Assembly (NCBI GenBank): GCA_963727895.1
Contig: CAVSHT010000011.1
Coordinates: 128,001 to 192,000 of the forward strand
Source of the DNA: an uncultured Methanosarcinaceae archaeon
Lineage (GTDB): Archaea; Halobacteriota; Methanosarcinia; Methanosarcinales; Methanosarcinaceae
Length of the DNA stretch: 64,000 nt
Direction of reading: 5' to 3'
Shown piece after piece: positions 31,683 to 44,387 of this stretch. How positions within the stretch are numbered: the stretch's first letter is position 1; the number at the start of each line of letters is the position of its first letter. The notes beneath the pieces were generated by a model. It worked only from the letters and a program-made list of their open reading frames with translations. It made no database searches and was not told the origin of the DNA. Position numbers and translations under genes: made by a program.

Positions 31683-31845
31683 TTCAGATACCTCCGTAAA
31701 TGATTCTTAATTTTCAATCATCTACGGAACCTGATATATTTAGCCACGAAGAATTCGGATTTTTTCCGAATTAAAGGTCTTGACAATTGTTTTCTTGGAA
31801 CTGTTTCTCAATAAAAATGGAAGTATTAGATAAACAAAAAGAGGA

Positions 31846-32557
31846 ATTTCAATCCTTGTTTTAGTGGAAACTACTTCTTGACAACAAAATCAGACGGGAG
31901 CTTGATTTTGCCGGGGGAGCAAGTTTCAATCTTTGTTTTAGTGGAAACTACTTCTTGACCCGCTAACGACCCCATGATAATATTCGATCTCGCAGTTTCA
32001 ATCCTTGTTTTAGTGGAAACTACTTCTTGACAAAAAAAATAGAGAGGTTACAAAAGTGGATGACATTCTGAAGTTTCAATCCTTGTTTTAGTGGAAACTA
32101 CTTCTTGACAAATAGCGGAAGTGATACCACGAAAACCAATAATACTAAGTTTCAATCCTTGTTTTAGTGGAAACTACTTCTTGACATGAAGATTGCTGAA
32201 TTGAAGAATCAGCGGAATGAGACGTTTCAATCCTTGTTTTAGTGGAAATTACTTCTTGACAGTAGTGACCGATGACAAAAGCGATAATTGAAAAGTTTCA
32301 ATCCTTGTTTTAGTGGAAACTACTTCTTGACACTTAAACAGTGGCAATGTCCCAGGAATAATCACAAGTTTCAATCCTTGTTTTAGTGGAAACTACTTCT
32401 TGACGATTTTATGGAAGAGCTTAAACTCTTATTTGAGGAGTTTCAATCCTTGTTTTAGTGGAAACTACTTCTTGACTTTCAAATGAATCGTATGATTATG
32501 GAAATGAGACAATACGGACGGTTTCAATCCTTGTTTTAGTGGAAACTACTTCTTGAC
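31846..32557 (-). CRISPR. Leader-distal segment: 10 repeats of GTCAAGAAGTAGTTTCCACTAAAACAAGGATTGAAAC
   Basis: 37-bp repeats with unique 34-44 nt spacers; terminal repeat degenerate. Confidence 0.97.
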
Positions 32558-32596
32558 GAAGCAAAATGGAAGAAACAAAAGAAGCGAAGCATACAG

Positions 32597-35500
32597 GTTT
32601 CAATCCTTGTTTTAGTGGATCTTGCTCACGAATCCTTCACTTTTTCCCATTGTCAACGGACTTTGTAGGTTTCAATCCTTGTTTTAGTGGATCTTGCTCA
32701 CGAATTGTTAACGAAACTATCATGCACAAAATATACCCTGTATGTTTCAATCCTTGTTTTAGTGGATCTTGCTCACGAATATGTAAAAGGGCAGATAATA
32801 TCCAGACTATACGTCCTCGTTTCAATCCTTGTTTTAGTGGATCTTGCTCACGAATTATAAGTTTGTGCGTTAGCTATTGAAATCAATGAAAGTTTCAATC
32901 CTTGTTTTAGTGGATCTTGCTCACGAATCCAATCTTGTGAGGTTTAATTCCCACATATTGTAGGTGTTTCAATCCTTGTTTTAGTGGATCTTGCTCACGA
33001 ATACAAATTTTACATATTTTGTTTTGGAAGATTTTAAAGTTTCAATCCTTGTTTTAGTGGATCTTGCTCACGAATTAATATTAGGAGTTACGATCCCGTG
33101 TGCTGACAAGTGTTTCAATCCTTGTTTTAGTGGATCTTGCTCACGAATATTGCTACCCCTTACCAAAGGTCTAGCAAAAAATGTTTCAATCCTTGTTTTA
33201 GTGGATCTTGCTCACGAATAACTGCTAAACTTGCTATAGATGCTATTAGAAATGGTTTCAATCCTTGTTTTAGTGGATCTTGCTCACGAATAAATGAGAA
33301 GTTCGGTTCGGGCTTATATATTTTATAGTTTCAATCCTTGTTTTAGTGGATCTTGCTCACGAATCTACAAATCCCCAACTTGCGCAAGGGCTTCCAGATT
33401 TGTTTCAATCCTTGTTTTAGTGGATCTTGCTCACGAATCGTTTTTTGTTCAAAAGAGTTATCTAATTTATTTGTAGTTTCAATCCTTGTTTTAGTGGATC
33501 TTGCTCACGAATAGATGTTTGAAAAGTAGCTGTTTCCTTGTGGGATGTGTTTCAATCCTTGTTTTAGTGGATCTTGCTCACGAATACTTAGCCATCTGCT
33601 CTTGTGTTTTGCCCTCTGCAATGTTTCAATCCTTGTTTTAGTGGATCTTGCTCACGAATGGTGACGGTTTCGTTGAGGGATGATGGCACAGTCTGAGGTT
33701 TCAATCCTTGTTTTAGTGGATCTTGCTCACGAATTCCGAAATCACCATCTGGATCATCTACCCATACTTCAGTTTCAATCCTTGTTTTAGTGGATCTTGC
33801 TCACGAATTCCGAAATCACCATCTGGATCATCTACCCATACTTCAGTTTCAATCCTTGTTTTAGTGGATCTTGCTCACGAATTCCGAAATCACCATCTGG
33901 ATCATCTACCCATACTTCAGTTTCAATCCTTGTTTTAGTGGATCTTGCTCACGAATTAAGTAAATGAAATCATCAAATGGCATTCTAGAACTATGTTTCA
34001 ATCCTTGTTTTAGTGGATCTTGCTCACGAATATGCTAAAGAAATCATGGCAGTAATGCAGGTTTACGGGTTTCAATCCTTGTTTTAGTGGATCTTGCTCA
34101 CGAATGCTTCTACAATTATTCCCTCTTTGGTTCTATAGCGTTTCAATCCTTGTTTTAGTGGATCTTGCTCACGAATCAGTGCATAACCATAATTGTTTAC
34201 AAAAGTGTTATTGGTTTCAATCCTTGTTTTAGTGGATCTTGCTCACGAATAAAGAATATCCAGCCTCATGTAGCTATTACATGGAAGTAATGTTTCAATC
34301 CTTGTTTTAGTGGATCTTGCTCACGAATTGACGGCATGTTTTTTGTTGAGTTAACAGGATCTAAGTTTCAATCCTTGTTTTAGTGGATCTTGCTCACGAA
34401 TATATTCCGATGATTGGGGGGATACATGGTATTTGGGTTTCAATCCTTGTTTTAGTGGATCTTGCTCACGAATATATAATATTCAAAATTAAAAATTGTG
34501 ATATCTATATGTTTCAATCCTTGTTTTAGTGGATCTTGCTCACGAATAGTGAAATGTCCGAGGGTGGCAGCGAAATAGTTTAGTTTCAATCCTTGTTTTA
34601 GTGGATCTTGCTCACGAATTATAAAAAATACTTCAGGCGGTGTAGACATCTGTCCAATGTTTCAATCCTTGTTTTAGTGGATCTTGCTCACGAATTCAAC
34701 ATATAACAAAGATATTGTTGAGGCATTTGGGTAGTTTCAATCCTTGTTTTAGTGGATCTTGCTCACGAATGGATGTTAGCCAGAAACTTGCGGTCTCGTG
34801 GAATAAGTTTCAATCCTTGTTTTAGTGGATCTTGCTCACGAATGGATGTTAGCCAGAAACTTGCGGTCTCGTGGAATAAGTTTCAATCCTTGTTTTAGTG
34901 GATCTTGCTCACGAATCATTGAATGGACATGAATCTCAGAAGGGGTATTGGTTTCAATCCTTGTTTTAGTGGATCTTGCTCACGAATACATGCACATCTA
35001 GGATACAAACAATCCGTACACAACTGTTTCAATCCTTGTTTTAGTGGATCTTGCTCACGAATATCATCCCAATCCAGTTCCCAATTTCAGTTTTGTTTCA
35101 ATCCTTGTTTTAGTGGATCTTGCTCACGAATAATATGCTCCATAATACAATATTCTTTTAATCATGTGTTTCAATCCTTGTTTTAGTGGATCTTGCTCAC
35201 GAATAAAAAGGGTATGCGTTTACCTTTCTGGAAACCCGATGTGTTTCAATCCTTGTTTTAGTGGATCTTGCTCACGAATATGCAAGAGCCACCTAGGATT
35301 AATTGATAAGTTGGTTTCAATCCTTGTTTTAGTGGATCTTGCTCACGAATAGGTGCCCTTGCTATTACCGCGATGGGCTTTTTTATGTTTCAATCCTTGT
35401 TTTAGTGGATCTTGCTCACGAATGATTATTCATGGACTTCTGAAGGAGTTGATAAATTTGAGTTTCAATCCTTGTTTTAGTGGATCTTGCTCACGAATTC

Positions 35501-38500
35501 TGCGAGTACCCATTGCCCTAGAATATATCTTTTGGTTTCAATCCTTGTTTTAGTGGATCTTGCTCACGAATCGCAAAAAGATAGGAGATTAACGACTATG
35601 CAGAGAAGTTTCAATCCTTGTTTTAGTGGATCTTGCTCACGAATCAAAATAAGAAAAGACACTGTAATTGTAGAAATGAGGTTTCAATCCTTGTTTTAGT
35701 GGATCTTGCTCACGAATTAATTGAAAGCGAAAACTATACCATTTCAATCCAAGAGTTTCAATCCTTGTTTTAGTGGATCTTGCTCACGAATCTCTCCTTT
35801 AAGAAATTCCGGCATAACATTTTTTACATAAAACTGTTTCAATCCTTGTTTTAGTGGATCTTGCTCACGAATAAGTCTGTTAATTATTGTTTCAAGTGTC
35901 ATTTGTTGTTTCAATCCTTGTTTTAGTGGATCTTGCTCACGAATGTTACTGGGTTTGTTGCATTTGAGGTTGGCTGTAGGTGTTTCAATCCTTGTTTTAG
36001 TGGATCTTGCTCACGAATTCTATTAGGATACTCTCATTCATATGCAATAGAGCGAGACATGTTTCAATCCTTGTTTTAGTGGATCTTGCTCACGAATCAA
36101 TCGTTCCAAACATCATACAATATTGTAAAACAAAGTTTCAATCCTTGTTTTAGTGGATCTTGCTCACGAATCAGATTATAGTTTTTGAATCAGAGGGAAG
36201 TATATTGTTTCAATCCTTGTTTTAGTGGATCTTGCTCACGAATACATAGAACCATATTGGTTTTGCGTTCCGATAACTGGTTTCAATCCTTGTTTTAGTG
36301 GATCTTGCTCACGAATTTGTATACATTTGTATTTGTGTGTAACAGAACGGTGCAGTTTCAATCCTTGTTTTAGTGGATCTTGCTCACGAATCTTTGCTCG
36401 TTCTTCTAGTCTACCCTTTAGTTCTGAGTTTCAATCCTTGTTTTAGTGGATCTTGCTCACGAATAATATCAAGGTTCCTGGAAAGAAGGTCCACTTCCAA
36501 TGTTTCAATCCTTGTTTTAGTGGATCTTGCTCACGAATAATTAAAGCGTTTATGTATCTGGCTCCGTTGATTGATAGTTTCAATCCTTGTTTTAGTGGAT
36601 CTTGCTCACGAATGCAGAAAATTATTTGATGAACAAAAATATCCTGGGTTTCAATCCTTGTTTTAGTGGATCTTGCTCACGAATTGTTTATCAGGTCACA
36701 AAAGAAGAGTGTATGACGTTAGTTTCAATCCTTGTTTTAGTGGATCTTGCTCACGAATGTAAATTAGGAGGAAAACAAAAGATGGAAACTTTAAGTTTCA
36801 ATCCTTGTTTTAGTGGATCTTGCTCACGAATGTTGCGTCGTAATCTCCGGCTGCAATGCCATAACCGTTTCAATCCTTGTTTTAGTGGATCTTGCTCACG
36901 AATAATAAGTCCAGTCGTCCTATTCCAATAACATCTTCTGTTTCAATCCTTGTTTTAGTGGATCTTGCTCACGAATCAGGCTTCAGCATGTGGGGTATCG
37001 TTCCATTCGGGGTTTCAATCCTTGTTTTAGTGGATCTTGCTCACGAATAAGTAATTATTATGCATCTAGATATGGAGTGAAAGTCGTTTCAATCCTTGTT
37101 TTAGTGGATCTTGCTCACGAATCCAATGACGACGATTTACCCACATTGATGTTAAAACTATGTTTCAATCCTTGTTTTAGTGGATCTTGCTCACGAATAA
37201 TAGAACCTGAATGTATTCAGGAATACCAACATCGGAAGTTTCAATCCTTGTTTTAGTGGATCTTGCTCACGAATAAGATGAAAAATTGAGACCGACTTCG
37301 AATGCATTGTTTCAATCCTTGTTTTAGTGGATCTTGCTCACGAATAACATGTGCTGATACCTCATCGGGGTCATCCATCTCAAGTTTCAATCCTTGTTTT
37401 AGTGGATCTTGCTCACGAATGCTCATATGAAATTGAGACAAAACGCAGAGGTTGGTTTCAATCCTTGTTTTAGTGGATCTTGCTCACGAATTGCACATTT
37501 ACCCTGTATGGGAGTTATAATTCTAATTGTTTCAATCCTTGTTTTAGTGGATCTTGCTCACGAATTCATGCATTGTGGCTAGAAAACGCAAAAGAAGCAA
37601 GTTTCAATCCTTGTTTTAGTGGATCTTGCTCACGAATTAGCTCAAAAAATCACAAAACGTTGTCCTTCTTGTAAGTTTCAATCCTTGTTTTAGTGGATCT
37701 TGCTCACGAATACTTCAATTTTCATTTTCAACATCTCCTTTCCTGTTTCAATCCTTGTTTTAGTGGATCTTGCTCACGAATTAGGTGCCCTTGCTATTAC
37801 CGCGATGGGCTTTTTTATGTTTCAATCCTTGTTTTAGTGGATCTTGCTCACGAATATTATCTTCAAAATTCGCTCGAAATGAAATTCCTAGTTTCAATCC
37901 TTGTTTTAGTGGATCTTGCTCACGAATACACTTTTTCAATGCTATTAATATTTCCTCATCTGGTTTCAATCCTTGTTTTAGTGGATCTTGCTCACGAATT
38001 AAGTAAATGAAATCATCAAATGGCATTCTAGAACTATGTTTCAATCCTTGTTTTAGTGGATCTTGCTCACGAATTATCATATTGGCGTTTGAATAGTTTC
38101 CAATGCAGATGTTTCAATCCTTGTTTTAGTGGATCTTGCTCACGAATCAGGATTCTAGTTTAAGATACAGATCTGCGGCGGTTGGGGTTTCAATCCTTGT
38201 TTTAGTGGATCTTGCTCACGAATTTCTATTTTCTATAATCCGTATTATAGTTTCTAGTTTCAATCCTTGTTTTAGTGGATCTTGCTCACGAATAGATGCA
38301 TATAACTCCTTATGTTTCGGTGGATCTTTTGTTTCAATCCTTGTTTTAGTGGATCTTGCTCACGAATACTTTGTCCTCTTTTAATAGTACCATCACTATC
38401 CATGTTTCAATCCTTGTTTTAGTGGATCTTGCTCACGAATAAGATTTCAAGCGGAAGGAATAAGAAACGATTGTAGTTTCAATCCTTGTTTTAGTGGATC

Positions 38501-41500
38501 TTGCTCACGAATTTGAAGTATTTAATACGTATAGACAGTCTCTAATTGCGTTTCAATCCTTGTTTTAGTGGATCTTGCTCACGAATGGATCTTGGACGTT
38601 TAAGACTGCTACCGTAAAATCTTAGTTTCAATCCTTGTTTTAGTGGATCTTGCTCACGAATATGTCCGCATTAGGAGATAATAGACTCAATCAGTCTAAG
38701 TTTCAATCCTTGTTTTAGTGGATCTTGCTCACGAATTAGGATCCTTCAGAACGAAGGTGTTAATGCAACAATGTTTCAATCCTTGTTTTAGTGGATCTTG
38801 CTCACGAATTATTTTAGTACCTTTAAACAAATCTCTAATTGATTTGTGTTTCAATCCTTGTTTTAGTGGATCTTGCTCACGAATTGTGAGCGTTTTTTTC
38901 AAATTCAGGGACTGAGTAGGTTTCAATCCTTGTTTTAGTGGATCTTGCTCACGAATACAAACACCCTAATTGCTGTTATTGATACTTATAAACTGTTTCA
39001 ATCCTTGTTTTAGTGGATCTTGCTCACGAATCGAAGTTAAAAGAATTGATGAAGAAATATCCCGAAATCGGTTTCAATCCTTGTTTTAGTGGATCTTGCT
39101 CACGAATCATGATGTGTGGAATGTTGACCCTTGACAGTGCAAGTTCGTTTCAATCCTTGTTTTAGTGGATCTTGCTCACGAATCAATTACTCTGTTTCCA
39201 GCTCCAGTATTACTCACCGCGGTTTCAATCCTTGTTTTAGTGGATCTTGCTCACGAATCCAGCAGCGTACAGTGTCATAGATGATGCCTGCAAGAGTTTC
39301 AATCCTTGTTTTAGTGGATCTTGCTCACGAATACGTATGAGTTGGATATTGACACGCAAACCTAGGTTTCAATCCTTGTTTTAGTGGATCTTGCTCACGA
39401 ATTTATTAGAAAAATCCATTAACTCTTCAAAGCTCAAGGTTTCAATCCTTGTTTTAGTGGATCTTGCTCACGAATCTCTTTTGTAGTCGAAATGAGCTTA
39501 CCATATGCATTAGGTTTCAATCCTTGTTTTAGTGGATCTTGCTCACGAATGATTGGACTGGGACAGCAGCAGGAACTATTTGGGTGTTTCAATCCTTGTT
39601 TTAGTGGATCTTGCTCACGAATTGAATACGGTACTTTCAACATTCAGTATGCTCTGTCGTTTCAATCCTTGTTTTAGTGGATCTTGCTCACGAATCCAAT
39701 GTAACTTTATATTTGATTTAGAGAGATTATGTTTCAATCCTTGTTTTAGTGGATCTTGCTCACGAATCCAGCAGCGTACAGTGTCATAGATGATGCCTGC
39801 AAGAGTTTCAATCCTTGTTTTAGTGGATCTTGCTCACGAATAGGACGAACGAAAATTAATGAAAGATATTGAAATGTTTCAATCCTTGTTTTAGTGGATC
39901 TTGCTCACGAATGAAGCCGATGGGTTAGAAGAAACTATTCAAAAAAGTTTCAATCCTTGTTTTAGTGGATCTTGCTCACGAATTATTAGAAGAATGTTTA
40001 GGATCAACCTGTTGAAATATGTTTCAATCCTTGTTTTAGTGGATCTTGCTCACGAATATGAAAGTACAGGAGCGAGGTCTACACTTCGCAGGAGTTTCAA
40101 TCCTTGTTTTAGTGGATCTTGCTCACGAATTATCAACGATATGTTGAACTTCTGGAACAATCTTGTTTCAATCCTTGTTTTAGTGGATCTTGCTCACGAA
40201 TTTTGTTGGCAGCAAATGATAGCGCGTCGTCAATTGGTTTCAATCCTTGTTTTAGTGGATCTTGCTCACGAATGAATCAAATCAGAATTTGAGTCTCTTG
40301 TTAAATTTGAAGTTTCAATCCTTGTTTTAGTGGATCTTGCTCACGAATATTTCTTGCTATATACTACAATAACACTAATAGTGTTTCAATCCTTGTTTTA
40401 GTGGATCTTGCTCACGAATTCCGTACTCCGTGGTAAAACGGATGCTGAGTTAGTGTTTCAATCCTTGTTTTAGTGGATCTTGCTCACGAATTCCAATGGA
40501 ACGATGACGTTTTAAAAGAAATCCCTGATGTTTCAATCCTTGTTTTAGTGGATCTTGCTCACGAATTTTTTGATAAGCCTCTTGAATTCAAAGAATGGTT
40601 TGAATATCGTTTCAATCCTTGTTTTAGTGGATCTTGCTCACGAATAGACATTTACAGCCTCCTTAGATCCCTGATGCAGCGGTTTCAATCCTTGTTTTAG
40701 TGGATCTTGCTCACGAATTTAAAACATGGAATTAACTCTCAACGATAATGTAACGTGTTTCAATCCTTGTTTTAGTGGATCTTGCTCACGAATCAGGATA
40801 CCCGTTGCTTTAGCTGCGGGAGGAATGCGGTTTCAATCCTTGTTTTAGTGGATCTTGCTCACGAATACTCTAAAATAGAAGATATCAAAGCCATGAATGA
40901 GTTTCAATCCTTGTTTTAGTGGATCTTGCTCACGAATCTTAGATCCGTGATTGATATATTGGTTGTAGGAGTAGTTTCAATCCTTGTTTTAGTGGATCTT
41001 GCTCACGAATAAGACACAAGCTGAATTATGGAATCAGAGGGCATTGTGTTTCAATCCTTGTTTTAGTGGATCTTGCTCACGAATTTCACTGGACTTGAGG
41101 GAATTGACGACAAGGGACATAGTTTCAATCCTTGTTTTAGTGGATCTTGCTCACGAATTTGTATTTAGATTGCGTAGGATTTTGAAGGTGAAGTTTCAAT
41201 CCTTGTTTTAGTGGATCTTGCTCACGAATTGGATACCTCAAGTATTAGTACAGAAGGGGAATCTGGTTTCAATCCTTGTTTTAGTGGATCTTGCTCACGA
41301 ATTTGCGGCTTTAACAATTGAAATTATCCCATTGATAGGTTTCAATCCTTGTTTTAGTGGATCTTGCTCACGAATCTCTCAAAATTGAAACAATTGTGTT
41401 TAGAATTTGATTGTTTCAATCCTTGTTTTAGTGGATCTTGCTCACGAATCCGGTTCAATCCCGGATGACCAGACCTATAGTTACTGTTTCAATCCTTGTT

Positions 41501-41522
41501 TTAGTGGATCTTGCTCACGAAT
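32597..41522 (-). CRISPR. Main segment: ~120 repeats of ATTCGTGAGCAAGATCCACTAAAACAAGGATTGAAAC
   Basis: Invariant 37-bp repeats, ~73-bp period (count estimated from span); orientation from the ATTGAAAC 3' handle and leader position. Confidence 0.98.
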
Positions 41523-41635
41523 AGGGCAAAATTTTCCGTCATTTGGCCAGAAAAAGCCTGAAATAAGCCCTTTTTTTGGGCTAAAATTCTTGCTGGAAAA
41601 TTATCAAACCCTTTATAAATACAAGAAAAATCTCT
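41523..41635 (-). promoter_or_regulatory. CRISPR leader
   Basis: Non-repeat AT-rich stretch between cas4 and the first repeat, with TTTATAAA at ~41612. Confidence 0.75.
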
Positions 41636-42367
41636 TCATACGCAGATATTCCTGTAACAGCAATCTACGCATTTTCTAGAAGACTTAGCGGTTTTGGGAT
41701 ATAAACCTTTTTGAACAATATCGAGTATTTCCCCAATAATTTTCTCAGCCTTTTTGAAATCAGAAGTAGTAATCTCCATTTCTTTAACCAGGCTGTTGCT
41801 TCTGGTAAAACATATGTAAGCACGATTTACTTCAATATCGTAATTTTCTCTAATCAAAAGAGCCTGCAAAACCAGCTGAAATTTATAGGTTTTAAAAATC
41901 TTGTCTTTATACTCGGCAAATTTGTATTCAAGAGGAGCAGCAGTTCCATCTTCAAGAAAAAGCACCTCATCAACTATTCCCTTTATATGATGTTGTTTTG
42001 AAGCAATGAAAACGTCACTCTCTTTCCTTATGCAGTTTAGTTTTTTTCTCACATAATCCCTGTTGGTTAGTTTCCTTGTTTCATGGACCTCGCGGCCTTT
42101 GATAACCTTAAACCTTTTCTCTTCATACTGGGGAATATCGAGGCAATACATATAGTAGATAAAACGAGAACAGAAAAGGTATTCAAGAACATCTGAAATT
42201 CGGATTATTGTTCCGGAATCTTTATCAAAATCAGGCTCAGTGTATATCCCTTCTTCATTATCAGGATCACTTTCAGGAGCTATATCTTTTTCACAATCTA
42301 TTGCAGCTTGCTGATCACTTCCCGCACAAGCAGAAGAGCTACCTTCTTTGAGAGAAAAATTCGTCAT
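41636..42367 (-). CDS. cas4: Cas4 with acidic N-terminal extension
   Basis: YLFCSR, GIVDEV, PLEYK, CVDCCYRNIC. Confidence 0.92.
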   Translation of the reverse strand: MTNFSLKEGSSSACAGSDQQAAIDCEKDIAPESDPDNEEGIYTEPDFDKDSGTIIRISDVLEYLFCSRFIYYMYCLDIPQYEEKRFKVIKGREVHETRKLTNRDYVRKKLNCIRKESDVFIASKQHHIKGIVDEVLFLEDGTAAPLEYKFAEYKDKIFKTYKFQLVLQALLIRENYDIEVNRAYICFTRSNSLVKEMEITTSDFKKAEKIIGEILDIVQKGLYPKTAKSSRKCVDCCYRNICV

Positions 42368-42381
42368 ACTTACCTCAAAAC

Positions 42382-42688
<307 letters not shown>

Positions 42689-42758
42689 TCTTATTTTATC
42701 AAATTATTACTTTCGAATTATTACTTTACCTTTTCACAAACTTATCGCGTTAAAAGTT

Positions 42759-43731
42759 TTATTTCCCGATCAGGCTGTTTGCAATCCTGTGACAGTCAAA
42801 CTGGATTGTATTTCCAATTTTTATTTTCCTTCCCTTGTAGCTTATTTCTTTATCAAAAGTTTCATTGACAGCCTGAATAAGGACGGCTTTACCTTCTTTG
42901 TTAAGAGTCATTCCATTAGGAATTTCATCAAAAAAGCTGTTTGAAACCTGTTTTTTCGAGAAAAGATTGAAAACGGTCCTGTCAATGTGGATGCGGTACA
43001 TTTCAATCAGGTCAAACACAAAAGATTTTTTGTTGTAGTCATCCGTATGGTTGAAGCCGACATAAGGATCAAGTCCTGCTATAATGCACGCTTTTTCCAC
43101 CTTTGAATACAAAACCCCATATCCGTAATTCAAAAGGCAGTTGAATCCGTCCTTTGCAGGATTCCGGCTTCTGCCATTGAATTTCCATCTGTCCGGTAAA
43201 AGAAAACTCAAAGCTTCAAAATAGTATCTGGAAGCCATTCCCTCAAGCCCCATGATTTTTCCCCGCATCTCATCAAGTTTTCCTTCAAGGACTTCAAGCT
43301 GGGATTTCATGTCTTCCATTCCAGAAATGTAGTCGTCAAGTTCGTCCTTCTGGTCAGGCCTGTTCTTTTTAAGGTCTTTCAAAAAAAGAATCTGGCTGTC
43401 AATCTTCTGCTCAATCCAGCCTTTTGCAAGCCTGAACCCTTCAGGCTCTTCCGAAATTTCAAGCTGCCTTCTTCTTATGTAAGTCGTGCTCCCAAGTTTT
43501 GAGTGCCATACTCTGCCGTAAGGGTCCCCGAAATTATCCAGAAAAACGATGTCAATATTGTTTTCTACTGCAAATTTAATGGCATCGGTTGTTATGGTTG
43601 CAGAAGTTGTAATCAGGATGCTGTCAACTTTCTTTTCAGAGACTTCGAAAGTCTTGTCGTCAACTTTTACAAGAAAAGCAGTTGTTCTGTTTTTTTAGAA
43701 ATGAACCGCGGGTGTTGATTACAAGCTGCAT
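42759..43731 (-). CDS. cas1: Cas1 (frameshifted 5' part)
   Basis: MQLVINTRGS start; MGLEG, NCLLNYGYG, GLDPYVGFNH, DLIEMYR. Confidence 0.9.
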
Positions 43732-44387
43732 TTTCTCACCGTTCCAAAACCGCGAGATACGGATTTTCCAAGACCGAAATAGTCGGGGATAAGGAAATTT
43801 ACCATAAACTCCCCTTTGAACGTAGCAATTTCCACTCCTTTCATTTTACTAGAACCTGGGTTCATATTAATCTCGCATTTGATCTGTCCCGGAACAGTAT
43901 ATCCAAGAGACTTGGACATCGAAAGAATGTTTCCAACCAGAGTTTTTCGAAGGAGTTCTTTTTGTGCTGTAGAGTCCATCTTCTTGTATTTGCCAGTGAA
44001 GTTTTCTTGGTTGAGGGCAAACCAGGGAGTTTCAAATCTGTAGGTATGGATTTTGTCTGAAATGCCAAAATCTTGTTCTTTAAAAGAGATTTTCTTTTCC
44101 AGAATTTCATATGTGGATTCACCTAGTTCGATTTTTTCATATTTATTGAAAATTTCCTGCAAGACTTCTACACCCTCATTTATCCCGAAAACTAGAGGAA
44201 TCCCTTTCAAAATTTGATATTGAACCAAAGGATACATATAGATAACTTTATCACAATTGTGTTGGTGCAAAAGTGTATACTCATTAAACCGGGTAGCGAA
44301 AAAACCTCGAAGTTTTGAGGCGTTTGTTCCTACTTTTCGGTCAGGAACAAGAGTTAGAGTTAGCGTTTTGACTTTCATGTCAATCAC
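43719..44387 (-). CDS. cas6: Cas6 (Cas6b-like), paralog of the 29687 gene
   Basis: YPLVQY, TPWFALN, GLGKSVSRGFG. Confidence 0.9.
   Translation of the reverse strand: MIDMKVKTLTLTLVPDRKVGTNASKLRGFFATRFNEYTLLHQHNCDKVIYMYPLVQYQILKGIPLVFGINEGVEVLQEIFNKYEKIELGESTYEILEKKISFKEQDFGISDKIHTYRFETPWFALNQENFTGKYKKMDSTAQKELLRKTLVGNILSMSKSLGYTVPGQIKCEINMNPGSSKMKGVEIATFKGEFMVNFLIPDYFGLGKSVSRGFGTVRKCSL

Noticed and set aside
31846..41522. Spacers self-targeting the element or host genes in this window
   Set aside because: None found by eye in a partial check; needs a computed alignment.
32566..41679. Many short ORFs (FNPCFSGSCSR, VSILVLVDLAHE)
   Set aside because: Translations of CRISPR repeats.
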